A stretch of 64,000 nt of DNA from Takakia lepidozioides (lineage: Eukaryota; Plantae; Bryophyta), in contig CM060731.1 in assembly GCA_030704615.1 (NCBI GenBank), positions 30,938,001-31,002,000 of the forward strand. The letters run 5' to 3'. This document shows, piece after piece, positions 38,012-49,488 of the stretch (within the stretch, counting starts at the first letter, position 1; each line of letters begins with the position of its first letter). The translations under genes were made by a program, and so were the position numbers. The notes beneath the pieces were generated by a model, which worked only from the letters and a program-made list of their open reading frames with translations, was not told the DNA's origin and made no database searches.

Positions 38012-38804
38012 ATATATCTCATAGAAACTCTTGTTGCTTCCTTTAATCCCACTAGTCTAAGACTAGTCTACACTTGGAAGAAGTGCCATCCATTCATGAG
38101 AGAGATAGCACTTAGCAAATATCTGATCCACCATTCTTTATATGGCTCATCTCATAGTCTGTAGTTCTACTTCTGCATGTGAAGCTTGTGTGATGCTACA
38201 TAGCTAATCAGCATGGATACCAAGTTTCTACCTTGCTTTGTATGTCATTTCATGTTTGCTCTAATCTACCTACATGTCAATGATTCCAGCCATCAAACAA
38301 ATGCTATGGTTTGCATATATATATTTTGCAATGCAATTATCTGAAAATGATCATGCATCACACATATTACTCTGGTTGAAAAACTCCAACACTCTTGATA
38401 CATAATACTCATCCCACTTTACTCATTCATTGCAGCTTCCTCTCTCAAGCTCCATCCTCACACCAAAGAAAACTCATGGACAAGAAGAGGTATGATCCAT
38501 CGCATGTGACCCTCTACCCCCCCTCTACCCAATTTTGATAAAACATCAAGCGTGCGGGTATTATCCCCCTCTCACCTTGCCTAGATACAACCTTTTTAAT
38601 ATTCAATACCTCCTGAATGGCAGGAGTTGTCACTGCAATTGGACTTCCCACTCATTCATTCAACTTCCCACTCATTCACCCAGCTGGAATGAATGAACTC
38701 TTACCTACCACCGTCCATCCATCCATAGGCCAAATATGCCTTTTCATTCCCACTTCATCCAGCTCATCCATTATGCATGCAAATGAACTCAATGCGGATG
38801 ATCT

Positions 38805-39178
38805 TATTGGAGAATGCCATGTCAGCACTGTGAAACTCAAGCCAGGTGGAACTAGCCGTGGAGACATGGAATTATTAGCTAGCCTAAGGGTTGTAGTGTT
38901 GGTCAGCTATCTCTCTCACTAAGTTGTGTGTGTAAGGCTGCTCCTTCGTAGTTATGGTAGCACTACCTGTCTGTGTGTGTCCGAGAGCTTAAGTATGCTC
39001 TGTACCTAGCCTGGTTTGGTACAGAGTTGTAACTCAGCATATCTATGGTAAAATATATGTATTATGGTTGCTTGCAAAGCGATGGTGAAGTGTGTATGAA
39101 GCAGTCTAGCTACTTGTGTGAGCAGAGTGATAAAGATCAGTCTAGTTTATCTTGTAACACAGTGGATATCATCCATTA
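38805..39178 (+). repeat. 5' LTR of the copia element
   Basis: About 95% identical to 44865-45234 (roughly 18 substitutions and one 4-bp indel, counted by eye). Confidence 0.95.
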
Positions 39179-39569
39179 GGCTATGGCTCCTTTGCTTAAG
39201 TATAGGCTGTGCATTCTGTGTTAGAAGCATATTTTATTTGTAGTACGTGTGTCTTTCTCGGTATTTGCCTACATCAACATTTTTTCTTGTTACGTCTACG
39301 GCTCGTGCATGACCCTACTAAGTATACCACTCTGCTTATAGTCTATTTCTTTTGAGTCTGTGGGTTCTTGCATCAGCCCATCACCAATCTTTGTTGTGGC
39401 AAACATGGTGTAGCTTCATCTTGTTTTTCTTTGTTTTTTATCTTTATTTATTGCGGGATCTTGCGTGAGCCTATCGTCATACTAGTCTTTCTTTTTTGTC
39501 CTTCTTGCTGGCCGGTTGGCCGTGCACTATGGAAATTGTATTCCCTGCAGCAGTTCATATCTAGCCGCC

Positions 39570-40498
39570 ATGGCTGACAATACTCGCGATCGTGGTAGCA
39601 GAGCCCGTTTTAGGGGGGCTAATTTCCATTTATGGAAATTCCAGATGCGAGCCATTCTTCTTGGCAAGGAGCTTATGGACACCGTTGACGGTGCCTTGCC
39701 CAAACCAGAGGAAACTGCTTCACTGCGGTTCGGTCGGAATGGGTTAAGCGAGATAGCCAAGCTTTTAGCCTTCTCTGCCAGGCATTGGATGAGTCCATGC
39801 TCAAGCACATAGTTTCTTGTACCTCCTCTAAGGAGATCTGGGACAAGTTGAAGCTAATTCATGAGCAGAATGCCTCAGAGAATGTACACACATTGCAACA
39901 GAAGTTTTACAAGTGTGTCATGGTTGAAGGGGAGAGTATTGCTGATTTTCTTGGCAAGATAGAGCTCATTGTGCCTCAGCTAGCTAGTCGCGGGGACGCT
40001 ACCTTGAATGAGCAGGCCATAGTGTCCAAGATTCTCTGCAACCTTTCAGGAACGTTTGACAACATGATTCTTGCATGGCACATGCAACTGGCTGCCTCCA
40101 AGACCCTGACAAACCTCACCTTACAGCTCCTTCAGACGGAAGGGACTCTCAAGACACGGTCAGATGCCACAATTGCCTCAGCCCAGGCACATGCTGCTAC
40201 AACGAAAGGGAAGAACTCAATGGAGAACACCCCTGAGCAACGTGCGGCAAGAAGGATGGAGATTCTTGATCACAAGAAAGTCACCGAATGCTGGAAGTGT
40301 GGCAAGAACAGGCACTAGGGTCGCGAATGCACAGCCACAGAAGAGGAGCAGCGGAAGCACCAAGAGTCGAAGTGCAAGACCGCTGGTGAGCAGAGTAGCT
40401 CAAGCAAGATCAGCAACCTGAAGGCTTACATGGCGTTTGTTGGGGAAGATTCATACCAACCGTCATGCTGGTACGTTGACAGTGGATGCCCGAAACAT
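39570..40498 (+). pseudogene. copia gag and protease start (frameshifted, internal stop)
   Basis: ATG at 39570. ORFs 39516-39812 and 39785-40318 are joined by a frameshift. Zinc knuckle is interrupted by TAG. WYVDSGCPKH follows. Confidence 0.85.
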
Positions 40499-40939
40499 CA
40501 GCGTAGCTACGGTGTGAGCCCAGCCCCGTGAGCCTGGGAGCTGAGCTCACGCTTGGCTGACGTGGCGTGAGCCCAGGCTCCCTTTGCATGACGTGGCGTT
40601 CATGCCACGTAAGCTTGAGCGTCCGCCATGTCAGCAGATGTCATAACACATTTGGCGAAAGATAAGATACCTATACCCGAGGGACCTATAACCGAGGGAA
40701 TACGCATTTACAGTATGCCGACTTATGCTGCATATTCCAAACAAACCGACAATGAAAATAGACTCATTGACTACAACGTTGTGCAGTCTACCAACTTAAG
40801 TTTGCATATTGCAAACAAACCGACACTGAAAAGAGACCCGTCTGGGTTCACTTCCCCTTCCTCTTTCCTTTGCCTCTCCCCTCACATGCAGGTCCCTTTT
40901 TGTCTTTCGAGATAATGTTCTGAGCCGGTATACTTGTCA

Positions 40940-41602
40940 GGCAAAAACAAAAAAAATTGCGTGTGTGGGATGGGCAGCTGTAAAGAAAACGTACACCGCA
41001 GATGCCCTGAAAACAGTGTGCGTCACCGCACACTGTTTTGAGGGCAACTGCATGGGAACGAGGAAAAAAAAAAAAAATCGTGTGCGGGATGGGCAGCTGC
41101 AAAAAAAACGTGCACCGCAAATGCCCTAAAAGTAGTGTGCGGCACCGCACACTACTTTCAAGGCATTTGCGTGGGAACGAAAAAAAAAAAAAAAACATGT
41201 GTGGGATGGGCAGCTGCAGAGAAAAAAAAACACCGCAGATGCCCTGAAAACAGTGTGCGGTGCCGCACACTGTTTTTCGGGCATCAGCGTGGGAAAGAAA
41301 AACCCAAAAAAAAAGAAAAAACCCGTGTGTGGGATGAGGCATATGCAGAGAAAATGTGCTCTGCAGACATGAAAACAGTGTGCGGTGCCGCACACTGTTT
41401 TCCGGGCAGCTGCGAAGGAACGAAAAAACGAAATTAAAAAAAAAAAAAAAAAAAAACTCATGTTGGATCGCCATCCGCACAGGAAACGTGCTCCGCAGAA
41501 GCCCTGGAAACAGTGTGCGGTGCCGCACAATGTTTTCCGGGCATCTGCGAGGAAAAAAAAAAACAAAAACAAAAAAAAACAAAAAAAAAACGTGTGGGGT
41601 GG
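40940..41602. repeat. Minisatellite of ~120-bp units with a palindromic core
   Basis: About five copies of GATGCCCTGAAAACAGTGTGCGGTGCCGCACACTGTTTT..GGGCATC separated by poly-A tracts and CGTGTGTGGGATGGGCAGCTG. Confidence 0.9.
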
Positions 41603-41859
41603 GTATCCGTGTGTAATGTAAAGATCTGTCTCTGTGCAGCGACGTATGATGAGAAAAGATTTCGTCCCAGATTAGGTACATGCAAGACATCTTTCAAGAC
41701 CCCAAAGGTAACCCCTCCGCTTGCTGGATCCTGATCACAATGTCACCAATGCCAGCTGCTTGAAGTTGCACACCTCCAATACCCTCAACAGGGCGATCAA
41801 CACTAGGAAGTTCACGATATGTAGCGAAAAAATACCAGTTCTCTCACATATGTTTCGGG
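41603..41859 (-). pseudogene. Inverted copia pol segment that follows the protease motif
   Basis: Minus strand reads PVEGIGGVQLQAAGIGDI...LKDVLHVPNLGRNLFS, the direct continuation of WYVDSGCPKH(M) found on the plus strand. Confidence 0.85.
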
Positions 41860-42185
41860 GAGGGTTGCTACACCGTGAGCCTGTGAGCCCAGGAGCCCGT
41901 GAGCCCATCATAGGCTCACGCCACGTCATCTGTGAATTCCGAATTTACAGGGAGTATTTCCGCGGGAGGCGCCTATAGCCGCGGATTGACTTACCCTTTT
42001 CAGTCATTGCAGATAACGTCTTTTACATCCATCCCACCCCCGGCCCTCGTGTCATAAACAACGATTTGATTAGTGTTCAATTGCTGAAGTGAGAGAGAAT
42101 GAGGGTGCTGGTTACATGAAGCTTTCTTACCAGTCCAAGCGTAGTAACAGCTTACAGTGCAGATCCCCAGACCCAAAAGTTAGCG

Positions 42186-42685
42186 GAGTGGAATTGAGGC
42201 TTGGACACGTGAAAATCGCCCACATGAAAAAGTGTAATTTAGATGTGGTGTACATACTAAGCCCTGAAAACAGTGGCACCGCACACTATTTTCAGGGCAT
42301 CTACGTGGGAACGAAAAAAAAAAAAAAAAAACGTGTGTGGGGTGGGCAACTGTAGAGAAAACATGCACCGCAGATGCCCCGAAATGAGTGTGCGGTGTCG
42401 CGCACTACTTTCAGGGCATCTTCGTGGGAACAAAAAAAACAAAACGTGTATGGGTGCCACAAACTATTTTTTAGGCATCTGCGGGGGAACATGCCAAAAG
42501 TGCATTCGCTTGTGTCAAGTCAAACCGCCTACATTGATTTCATCCCGACCATCCTTAGAATGTTTCATTCAAATACAAGGACATTCATCCATTTCCAAAC
42601 ATGCAAGGGCTTAGTATGTACACCATATCTAAATTACATTATTCCATGTGGGCGATTTTCACGTGTCCAAACCTCAATTCCACTC
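42186..42685. mobile_element. Foldback/MITE-like element with ~80-bp TIRs, containing the same ~120-bp palindromic unit
   Basis: GAGTGGAATTGAGGCTTGGACACGTGAAAATCGCCCACATG...TACATACTAAGCCCT (42186-42265) pairs with 42606-42685. No TSD was found. Confidence 0.75.
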
Positions 42686-44798
42686 AACTAGTAAAGTGTA
42701 CAAGGTGTGGAATAATGAACTTCGGCGCATAGAAGAGAGCCGGGATGTGATCTTTAATGAAGACATCACGATAGTAGGGATCAGTGGGAGTCTTGAGTGG
42801 CTCACATATCCAGGTGAGATGCTGAATGTGGGGGACATTGCTCCCATCGAATGGCCCAACAGTGCCACCACCTGCGGTTCAAGCAATGATGGTGCCGCTG
42901 CCGCCAGCGTTTATTCCAGCAGCTGCAAAACCAATGGGAGTAGCCAATTTTCCAGTGCAGCTGATCCGTTACCAGGTTTACATCCCAATCTTAGTCTCAA
43001 TGAATCTCAGCACGACGTCCCTAGCAGCTCGTTAATTCCTAGCTCTTATGCACGCAGATCTGAGTCGCAAAGTACCGAAGGCGACACAGATGACCAAGTT
43101 ATGAAATACCGGCTCAGTGGGAGCATCTCAATATCGATCTGGAGGACCCTATAGACGTTTATTAGCAACCCACAGAAGAAATTCCAGTACCAACAGTAGG
43201 CGCCAGGCAACGTTATCCTCCAACCCGCTACGGTGACTGGATCTATCCCGTCGAAATTCATACGCGTGCACCGCAACAGTCATGGAGCTACCTATTGAAC
43301 TAAATATATTTGAGGAGGCGATGGCCTCGCCTCAAAAGGACAAGTGGATGAAGGCGATGCGTGAAGAATACGAATCCCTTATGATTAATGAAACCTGGAG
43401 TTTAGAATCTCTACCCAGGGACAGGACAAATGGGTCTATAAGCTTAAACTTGCAGCTGATGGTTCGGTAGACAGATACAAAGCAAGACTATGTATACACT
43501 CAGCGGGAGGGGGTGGATTACAAAGATACTTTTAGCCCTGTGGTTAAGTTTGACTCAATAAGAACTATACTGTCAATTACAGCTGCAGAAGATCTGAACA
43601 TCACCCAGTTTGATATTCGTACAACGTTTCTCTATGGAGAAATAGAGGAATCAATATTTATGGAGTAGCCAACAGGATTCCAGGATCCCTCGGCACCCGG
43701 ACAAGTCTGTCGTCTCAAGAAAGCCCTGTATGGGCTCAAACAATCTCCCAGGGTGTGGAATAAGAAATTTGAATAGTTCCTACAGGCATACGATCTTCTG
43801 GTCTCCGATGTTGATGTTTGTGTTTACGTCAACAAGCTTGAACCCAAACTTATTCTTACAATCTGGGTTACGATGGCCATGTCTGCAGTGTGCTGAATGA
43901 GATTATTATCGGCATCTTGAACTATGTGGAGGGGCCGTTCGAGATAACAAAGGGACTGGCCAAAATATTTGTTGGCCTTCACATCACTCGGGACAGAGAG
44001 CAAAAACTCATTTCCTTGGATAAGAGGAGATATCTCGAACGAGTGTTGCACAGGTTTGGGCACGAGCACTGCAACCCCGTAGCAGTACCTGCGGACCCAA
44101 ATAGTGTCACTGAATTAGTTCTATGGAACAACAACAGTGCGGATGGTGTAGTCACATGGCCCTATCGTGAATGCATTGGTTGCCTGCAGTTTGCATCGAT
44201 TGGGATCAGATTTGATATCAGCAGCCGTCCCAATGCATCACATGTGTCAGTAGTGAAAAGAATTCTAAGGTACATTCACGGTACTCTAGTGATGAGGAAC
44301 ACTTACGGTTGAGGCAAGCCCAAGGACTTGCATCAGCTCACAGCATATTGCGATGCTGATTTCGCGGCAGACATCGATGACCAAAAGTCACGATCAGGCT
44401 TTCTACTCATGCTGAATGGAGGACTAGTAGCATGGGGAAGTCGGAAACAAACATGTATTGCAGGAAGCACGACTGAGTCAGAGTATGTGGCCGCGGCTCT
44501 AGCATCCCAGGAGGTTATTTGGATGCGACGTTTGCTGACAAGCATTCAATTCCCTCAGGCCAACCCGACCAGGCTTTTCAGCGACAACCAAACCGCTATC
44601 CGTCTTGTACAGAACCATGTTTTTCACCAGCGTACCAAGCATATTGCAACGAAGTATCACAAGATTCGAGATGCACAGCAAGAAGGGGAGATTGCTTTGA
44701 CATATGTGTCTACTGAAGATCAACTTGCAAATGTTCTTACCAAGCCTCTGCCTCGAGATTCCTATTTGCTTCCAGGCTTGACTCATAGCCGCACCTAA
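42686..44798 (+). pseudogene. copia integrase C-terminus, reverse transcriptase and RNase H (many stops and frameshifts)
   Basis: SRDVIFNE, KWMKAMREEYESL, GVDYKDTFSPVV, LYGLKQSPR, YCDADFA, TKHI. Confidence 0.9.
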
Positions 44799-44864
44799 TA
44801 TATAAAATAACGCATTATGCTGAAGTGGGAGACTTGGTTGAGTCATCACAGTGCTGAGTGGGAG

Positions 44865-45234
44865 TATTGGAGAATGTCTTGTCAGCACTGTGAAACTCAA
44901 GCCAGGTGGAACTAGCCGTGGAGACATGGAATTATTAGCTAGCCTAAGGGTTGTAGTGTTGGTTAGCTATCTCTCTCACTAAGCTGTGTGTGTAAGGCTA
45001 CTCCTTTGTAGTTATGGCAGCACTACCTGTCTGTGTGTATCTGAGAGCTTAAGTATGCTACCTTGCCTGGTTTGGTACAGAGTTGTAACTTAGCATATCC
45101 ATGGTATAATATATGTATTCTGGTTGCTTGCAAAGCGACGGTGAAGTGTGTATGAAGCAGTCTAGCTACTTATGTGAGCAGAGTGATAAAGATCAGTCTA
45201 GTTTATCTTGTAACATAGTGGATATCATCCATTA
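44865..45234 (+). repeat. 3' LTR of the copia element
   Basis: Homologous to 38805-39178 and followed by the TSD GATCT. Confidence 0.95.
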
Positions 45235-45499
45235 GATCTCCACTCATCCTTGCGTCGTCCCCCATTTCATCCGTCCTGCTCCTCGTTCCAGCAGGCACCT
45301 TTCCGACACGATCTTTTGTTCGAAACTGGCGTCACACACCTTTTTACCTACAGGGCATCAATTGGAGGTGGCGTCTAGAGCCTCGAGCCTTGGGACAATA
45401 TTTCTTTAGCCTCATTTTTGTTTCTGATGCAAATATCTCTCCAAGATCCCTCGACTTGTCCCTACAAGCATATGAGATTTTCCCTCAAAAGACGCTTAA

Positions 45500-46115
45500 A
45501 CAGTCCACTGAGGCTTCCAAAACCCGCACAAATATTGGACTCCAAACAGTCCACCAAAGGCCCCAAGAGCCTGCCAAATTTTGGCCCTCTAGGACCCCAA
45601 ATAGTCCTTCAAACAAGTCGCCAAAGACTCCTTAAGCTCGCTAAAACTTGGCCTCCAAGGACCCCAAAAAGCCCTCCAAATAGCCCTCCAAAGGCTCCAA
45701 AAAACTTGCCAAATATTGCATTCTAGGACCCTAAATAGTCCTCCAAACAGCCCTCCAAAGGCTCCAAAAACTTACCAAATATTGGCCTTCAAGGACCCCA
45801 AATAGCCCTCTAAAGATTCCTCTAAGAGCTCTTCACAGTGTCCTACAAAAGCTCCTCAAAGACCTAAAAGATCCTCTGAACAATCCTCTAAAGGCCCTTG
45901 AAAATCCTCCAAAAGTCCTATATTGTCACCATTTGTCACTATGTTCCCAACCTATAATGACCGTTTTTACCGTATAGTTACCGTTCCCAATCTATAGTGA
46001 CGGTTCCCAACCTATAATCACCGTTTCTATCGTATAGTTACTGTTCATATACTATAGTTACTATTCTTGTACTATAGTGACTGTTCCCACACTATGGTGT
46101 CTGTTCCCACGAACC
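45500..46115. repeat. Two adjacent degenerate minisatellites
   Basis: Repeats of CCAAATATTGGCC..AGGACCCCAAATAGCCCTCCAAA at 45500-45920, then ~20-bp GTTCCCAACCTATAGTGACC repeats at 45930-46115. Confidence 0.75.
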
Positions 46116-46149
46116 TAGGGTTTCATGTGCATCTCATGCTAGGGGTTGT

Positions 46150-47800
46150 ACTGCATCCTAAGCTAGGGTTTGCGCTCCCTTGAGCTCCATGCTTGATCTT
46201 CTCGAACATCCATGAACTCTATGTAGCAACAAGATGAAATCTCTTGATATCATCCACCCTAAGATGCAACCAAGCTTGTCTCCAACTCAACTAGCAAAGC
46301 ATTTTCCACACAACAAGCTCCATTTCTCCTTGGAACTCAAAAACAAACTTCTACCTTTATTGGCAAGCAGCAAAGTCTTGCACTCATTCATGTGCTCTTC
46401 TTTGGCCTTCCACACATATACTCCAATCTTGGCTTCTATGTGTTGCTTCTCCAAGCATCAACACATCTCCATTTCATGCAAGAAGAAGATTCAAGTCCCT
46501 TCACTTGTTAGCTCAAGAGCTACTCCTCTTAAGCTTGAAATTGCAAACCTCAAGCCAAAAGCATGTTCCATACATGCATCACCTCATACACAAATGAATC
46601 AATTGACTCCCTTCACCTTCTAGATTGCTCTCCTCAAGCTTGAAGTTGGAAGCCACACTTGGAAAGCATGTTCCACACATGCACCACTTGTTTGGTCAAC
46701 CACTTGCTTCACCAAGAGCGATCTTATATAATTAGCAAAAATACTTCATTTGCTTGTTGGTCAACCTTTACACTACTATGGATAGAATAGTTTCTCTTAA
46801 ACTACTCAATGCTCTTCAAGCTGTCCTTGTTGTCCTCCTTCTATGGTATTTCCAACCCAAAATTGTGCCGCTCTTTGTCTTCTCAGCTTTCACACAATGA
46901 ACAACTGGAGTTTGCTCTTGAAACCCTAGTGTCTAAATTCTCCATACACAACACACTCCTCTTGTGATACAATAGTTTTTTCAAACTCTCAAACCCTTAG
47001 TGCAGATATAAACAATCTCCTTTGCAAAACCATGCAAGCTGTGTGATACAAGAGCTCGCTCCTTAAGCTCTGTACCGCTTAATTAGAACAAAGCAACGCG
47101 TCTCAAAAACCTACGAACCATAAGGATTTTCCTTTGCAATACCTACAACACAAGGTTGTAGCACATGAGCTATTTTCCTAAGCTCTCTTCTCAAGCTTTC
47201 AAGTTCTTCAACACCCAAATGCACATTCCGCACTCACAACCATAAGGAGATCTTTTTGTAGTGATAAGAGATGAGAAATGAGAGAAGTGGAAGACACTAT
47301 TGAAAACACTATAAACATGAAAGCAATCACACTAATAGCATACCCAAGTGAAAATCAACTCTATCACATAAACTAAGTCAAGCCAATGGTACCTTTGCTG
47401 AAGGAATCTACGCTCAAAGCCCTCAACACACTCCCTCTCAATACTTAGAACTATGGAAATGAGAGAAGCTCATAGATGCTCAACTATAAGAAGATGAGCC
47501 TTCTCAACCTTCGCAAGGAGAAAACCTATCTCCATGTTCTAAGTGAGGCTTGACGTCTCACTTGACATATGAGACCAAATGAAGTCCAGCACACAAAACA
47601 CAAATATAATATCCAAAATGTCCTAATTAGCTAGAAGTAGGTAATTCTAGTTAACCATGACTAAAACCATGACATCTGACTTGTTTTTAACAAAATGAGT
47701 TGCTCATCCTCAGAGATATGACATGTCATCACATCCTAGACATACTCATGACTGTTAGTCATATGTCCCACGTAGTAAATAAATCCACTCCAATATATTA
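46150..47800 (-). mobile_element. Probable old LTR-retrotransposon remnant hosting the copia insertion
   Basis: GCTCTGTACCG near 47068 resembles the reverse complement of a tRNA-iMet PBS, with LTR-like sequence to its right and stop-riddled coding-like sequence to its left. Boundaries are not resolved. Confidence 0.3.
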
Positions 47801-47814
47801 CTAGGTCAGTTGTA

Positions 47815-48420
47815 TATAGAAGAACAACCTTCTAGAGAGCACTCTAACATATTTGGATTAAACAATTTTAAACTTGACATGAACAACCTTTGAAAAGGTA
47901 TCCATCGTGCATGACCTAATAGTAGGAACAACCGCTTGTAAGGTATTCAACATATTTGTTTGGATTTTATGCAAGTTAAAAAATGGCACACAACAATCTT
48001 CCGGAGGGTACACCAATATGTTTGGATTGAGCAATTTTAAAATTGACATGAACAACCTTCCGACAAGTATCCATCGCGCATGACCCAATGGTAAAAATAA
48101 CGTTCCGTAAGGTATTAAACATATTTGTTTGGATTTTATGCAGGTTAAAAAATGATAGAAACAATCTTCCGGAGGGTATACCAATATGTTTGGATTGAGC
48201 AATTTTAAAATTGATATGAACAATCTTCCGACAAGTATCCATCAAACATAACTCAACAATATAATTAACCTTCTGTGAACTAAAAATATTTGTTTAGATT
48301 CTTCTCAATTGAAAAATTGACAAGCACAACCTTCTTGAGGGTATAATAACATTGAGGAATTTTCAAAAGTAGGAACAACCTTTTGTAAGGTAAAACTATT
48401 TATTTGGATTATATTCAATC
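47815..48420. repeat. Tandem repeat with a ~168-bp unit, about 3 copies
   Basis: CCGGAGGGTAYACCAATATGTTTGGATTGAGCAATTTTAAAATTGA occurs at 48001 and 48169, with diverged copies on either side. Confidence 0.85.
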
Positions 48421-49488
48421 TGAAAATGAGCCTTGTTACTATGAAAGAGATTATTTTCTCCTCTCATTATAATTAAGGGGCCTGATTTGTGAGCGGCCGC
48501 TCTATGGTGTTTCTGTTTTTAATATATTTTCTTAAAATATGAGAAGTATAACTTTTGGGGGATATACTAACACGTTTGAATGAACAATTTTAATATTGAT
48601 AGGACCTACCTTATGTTCTTTTGTCCTCCTAAAGCTCTTATTACATGCATGTTAAACTAACACTAGGACTCCTTTTCCATGAAACACTAACTTTAAAGCT
48701 CCCATTCCTAAATCACTGTTCCGAGCAATGAGTTACTTGTGAATAGCGTGAAGTAATCATGAAGATAAGTACTTAGGGTATGGGTGGGGAAGTAGGGGCA
48801 ATGGAGGGAAAGGGAAAGGTATGCCCACGAGTGTTTGGGGGAGTGGGGAGCCAGTTTTGGCGAGCTAGACCAAGGCATGGAGTGGGCGGCCCCACATATG
48901 TGCATGCTTGTGGAGCCTCGGGATGTGCGAGGTGGGGACCAGGGAGCCACAGTCATTACGTCGTGGCTACCAAAAATCCGCGGGCGGGAATTTCATGCAA
49001 AGAAGTCATTAATCAAGTTTTTTAATCTGTCGTAAAAAAATTATGTTTTGCACCTTTAAAATTGAATTGGTTAAGCTCAAATGAATAAGTTTTTTTTTTC
49101 TTAGTAAGTACTTAGTTTTGTGTGTGAACACATTTTGTGTTTTGCTACAGCATAATCTTAGATCTTCACAAAAAATGTAAAATGTATCTTTTTTTTGCAC
49201 GAGCCTACCCACACTAATCCCCAACCTTATCATATGATGGTAAATACATATGGATCCATGAAAACATCCAACATAAAGATATAGATTCAAAGCCACATAA
49301 TGTATATCGATGTAGCCCATCATACTTATAATTGGGATGGTTGGTCAACTGGTCACGAGATATATGTGATATTAGAGACTTTTGGATTCGTTGGGGAGAT
49401 GTAAGCAAATATATTGCTTCAATCTGTTTTGGTTGTTACAAGGTGTCAAGTGTCAACTTTCCAAATGAAGCTCTTTTGGAGATGGGTA

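Larger units (their letters stand above)
40499..42185. mobile_element. TIR DNA element (Mutator-like) nested in the copia, split by an inversion
   Basis: End 1 CAGCGTAGCTAC at 40499 follows CCCGAAACAT (40489-40498). End 2 GAGGGTTGCTAC at 41860 follows ATGTTTCGGG (41850-41859), the reverse complement of that 10-mer. Both ends carry clustered GTGAGCC subterminal repeats. Confidence 0.6.
38805..45234 (+). mobile_element. Ty1/copia LTR retrotransposon, degenerate and internally rearranged
   Basis: LTRs at 38805-39178 and 44865-45234, TSD GATCT on both sides, PPT TGAGTGGGAG before the 3' LTR. Contains gag (FRGANFHLWKFQM, CWKCGKNRH*GREC), protease (WYVDSGC), SH3 (SKVYKVWN..SRDVIFNE), RT (LKKALYGLKQSPRVWN) and RNase H (AYCDADFA, WGSRKQ, STTESEY, TKHI, LTKPL). 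Confidence 0.95.

Noticed and set aside
40848-41690. 280-aa ORF and overlapping ORFs
   Set aside because: Translations of the palindromic poly-A minisatellite (F/K runs, repeated VCGTAHCF).
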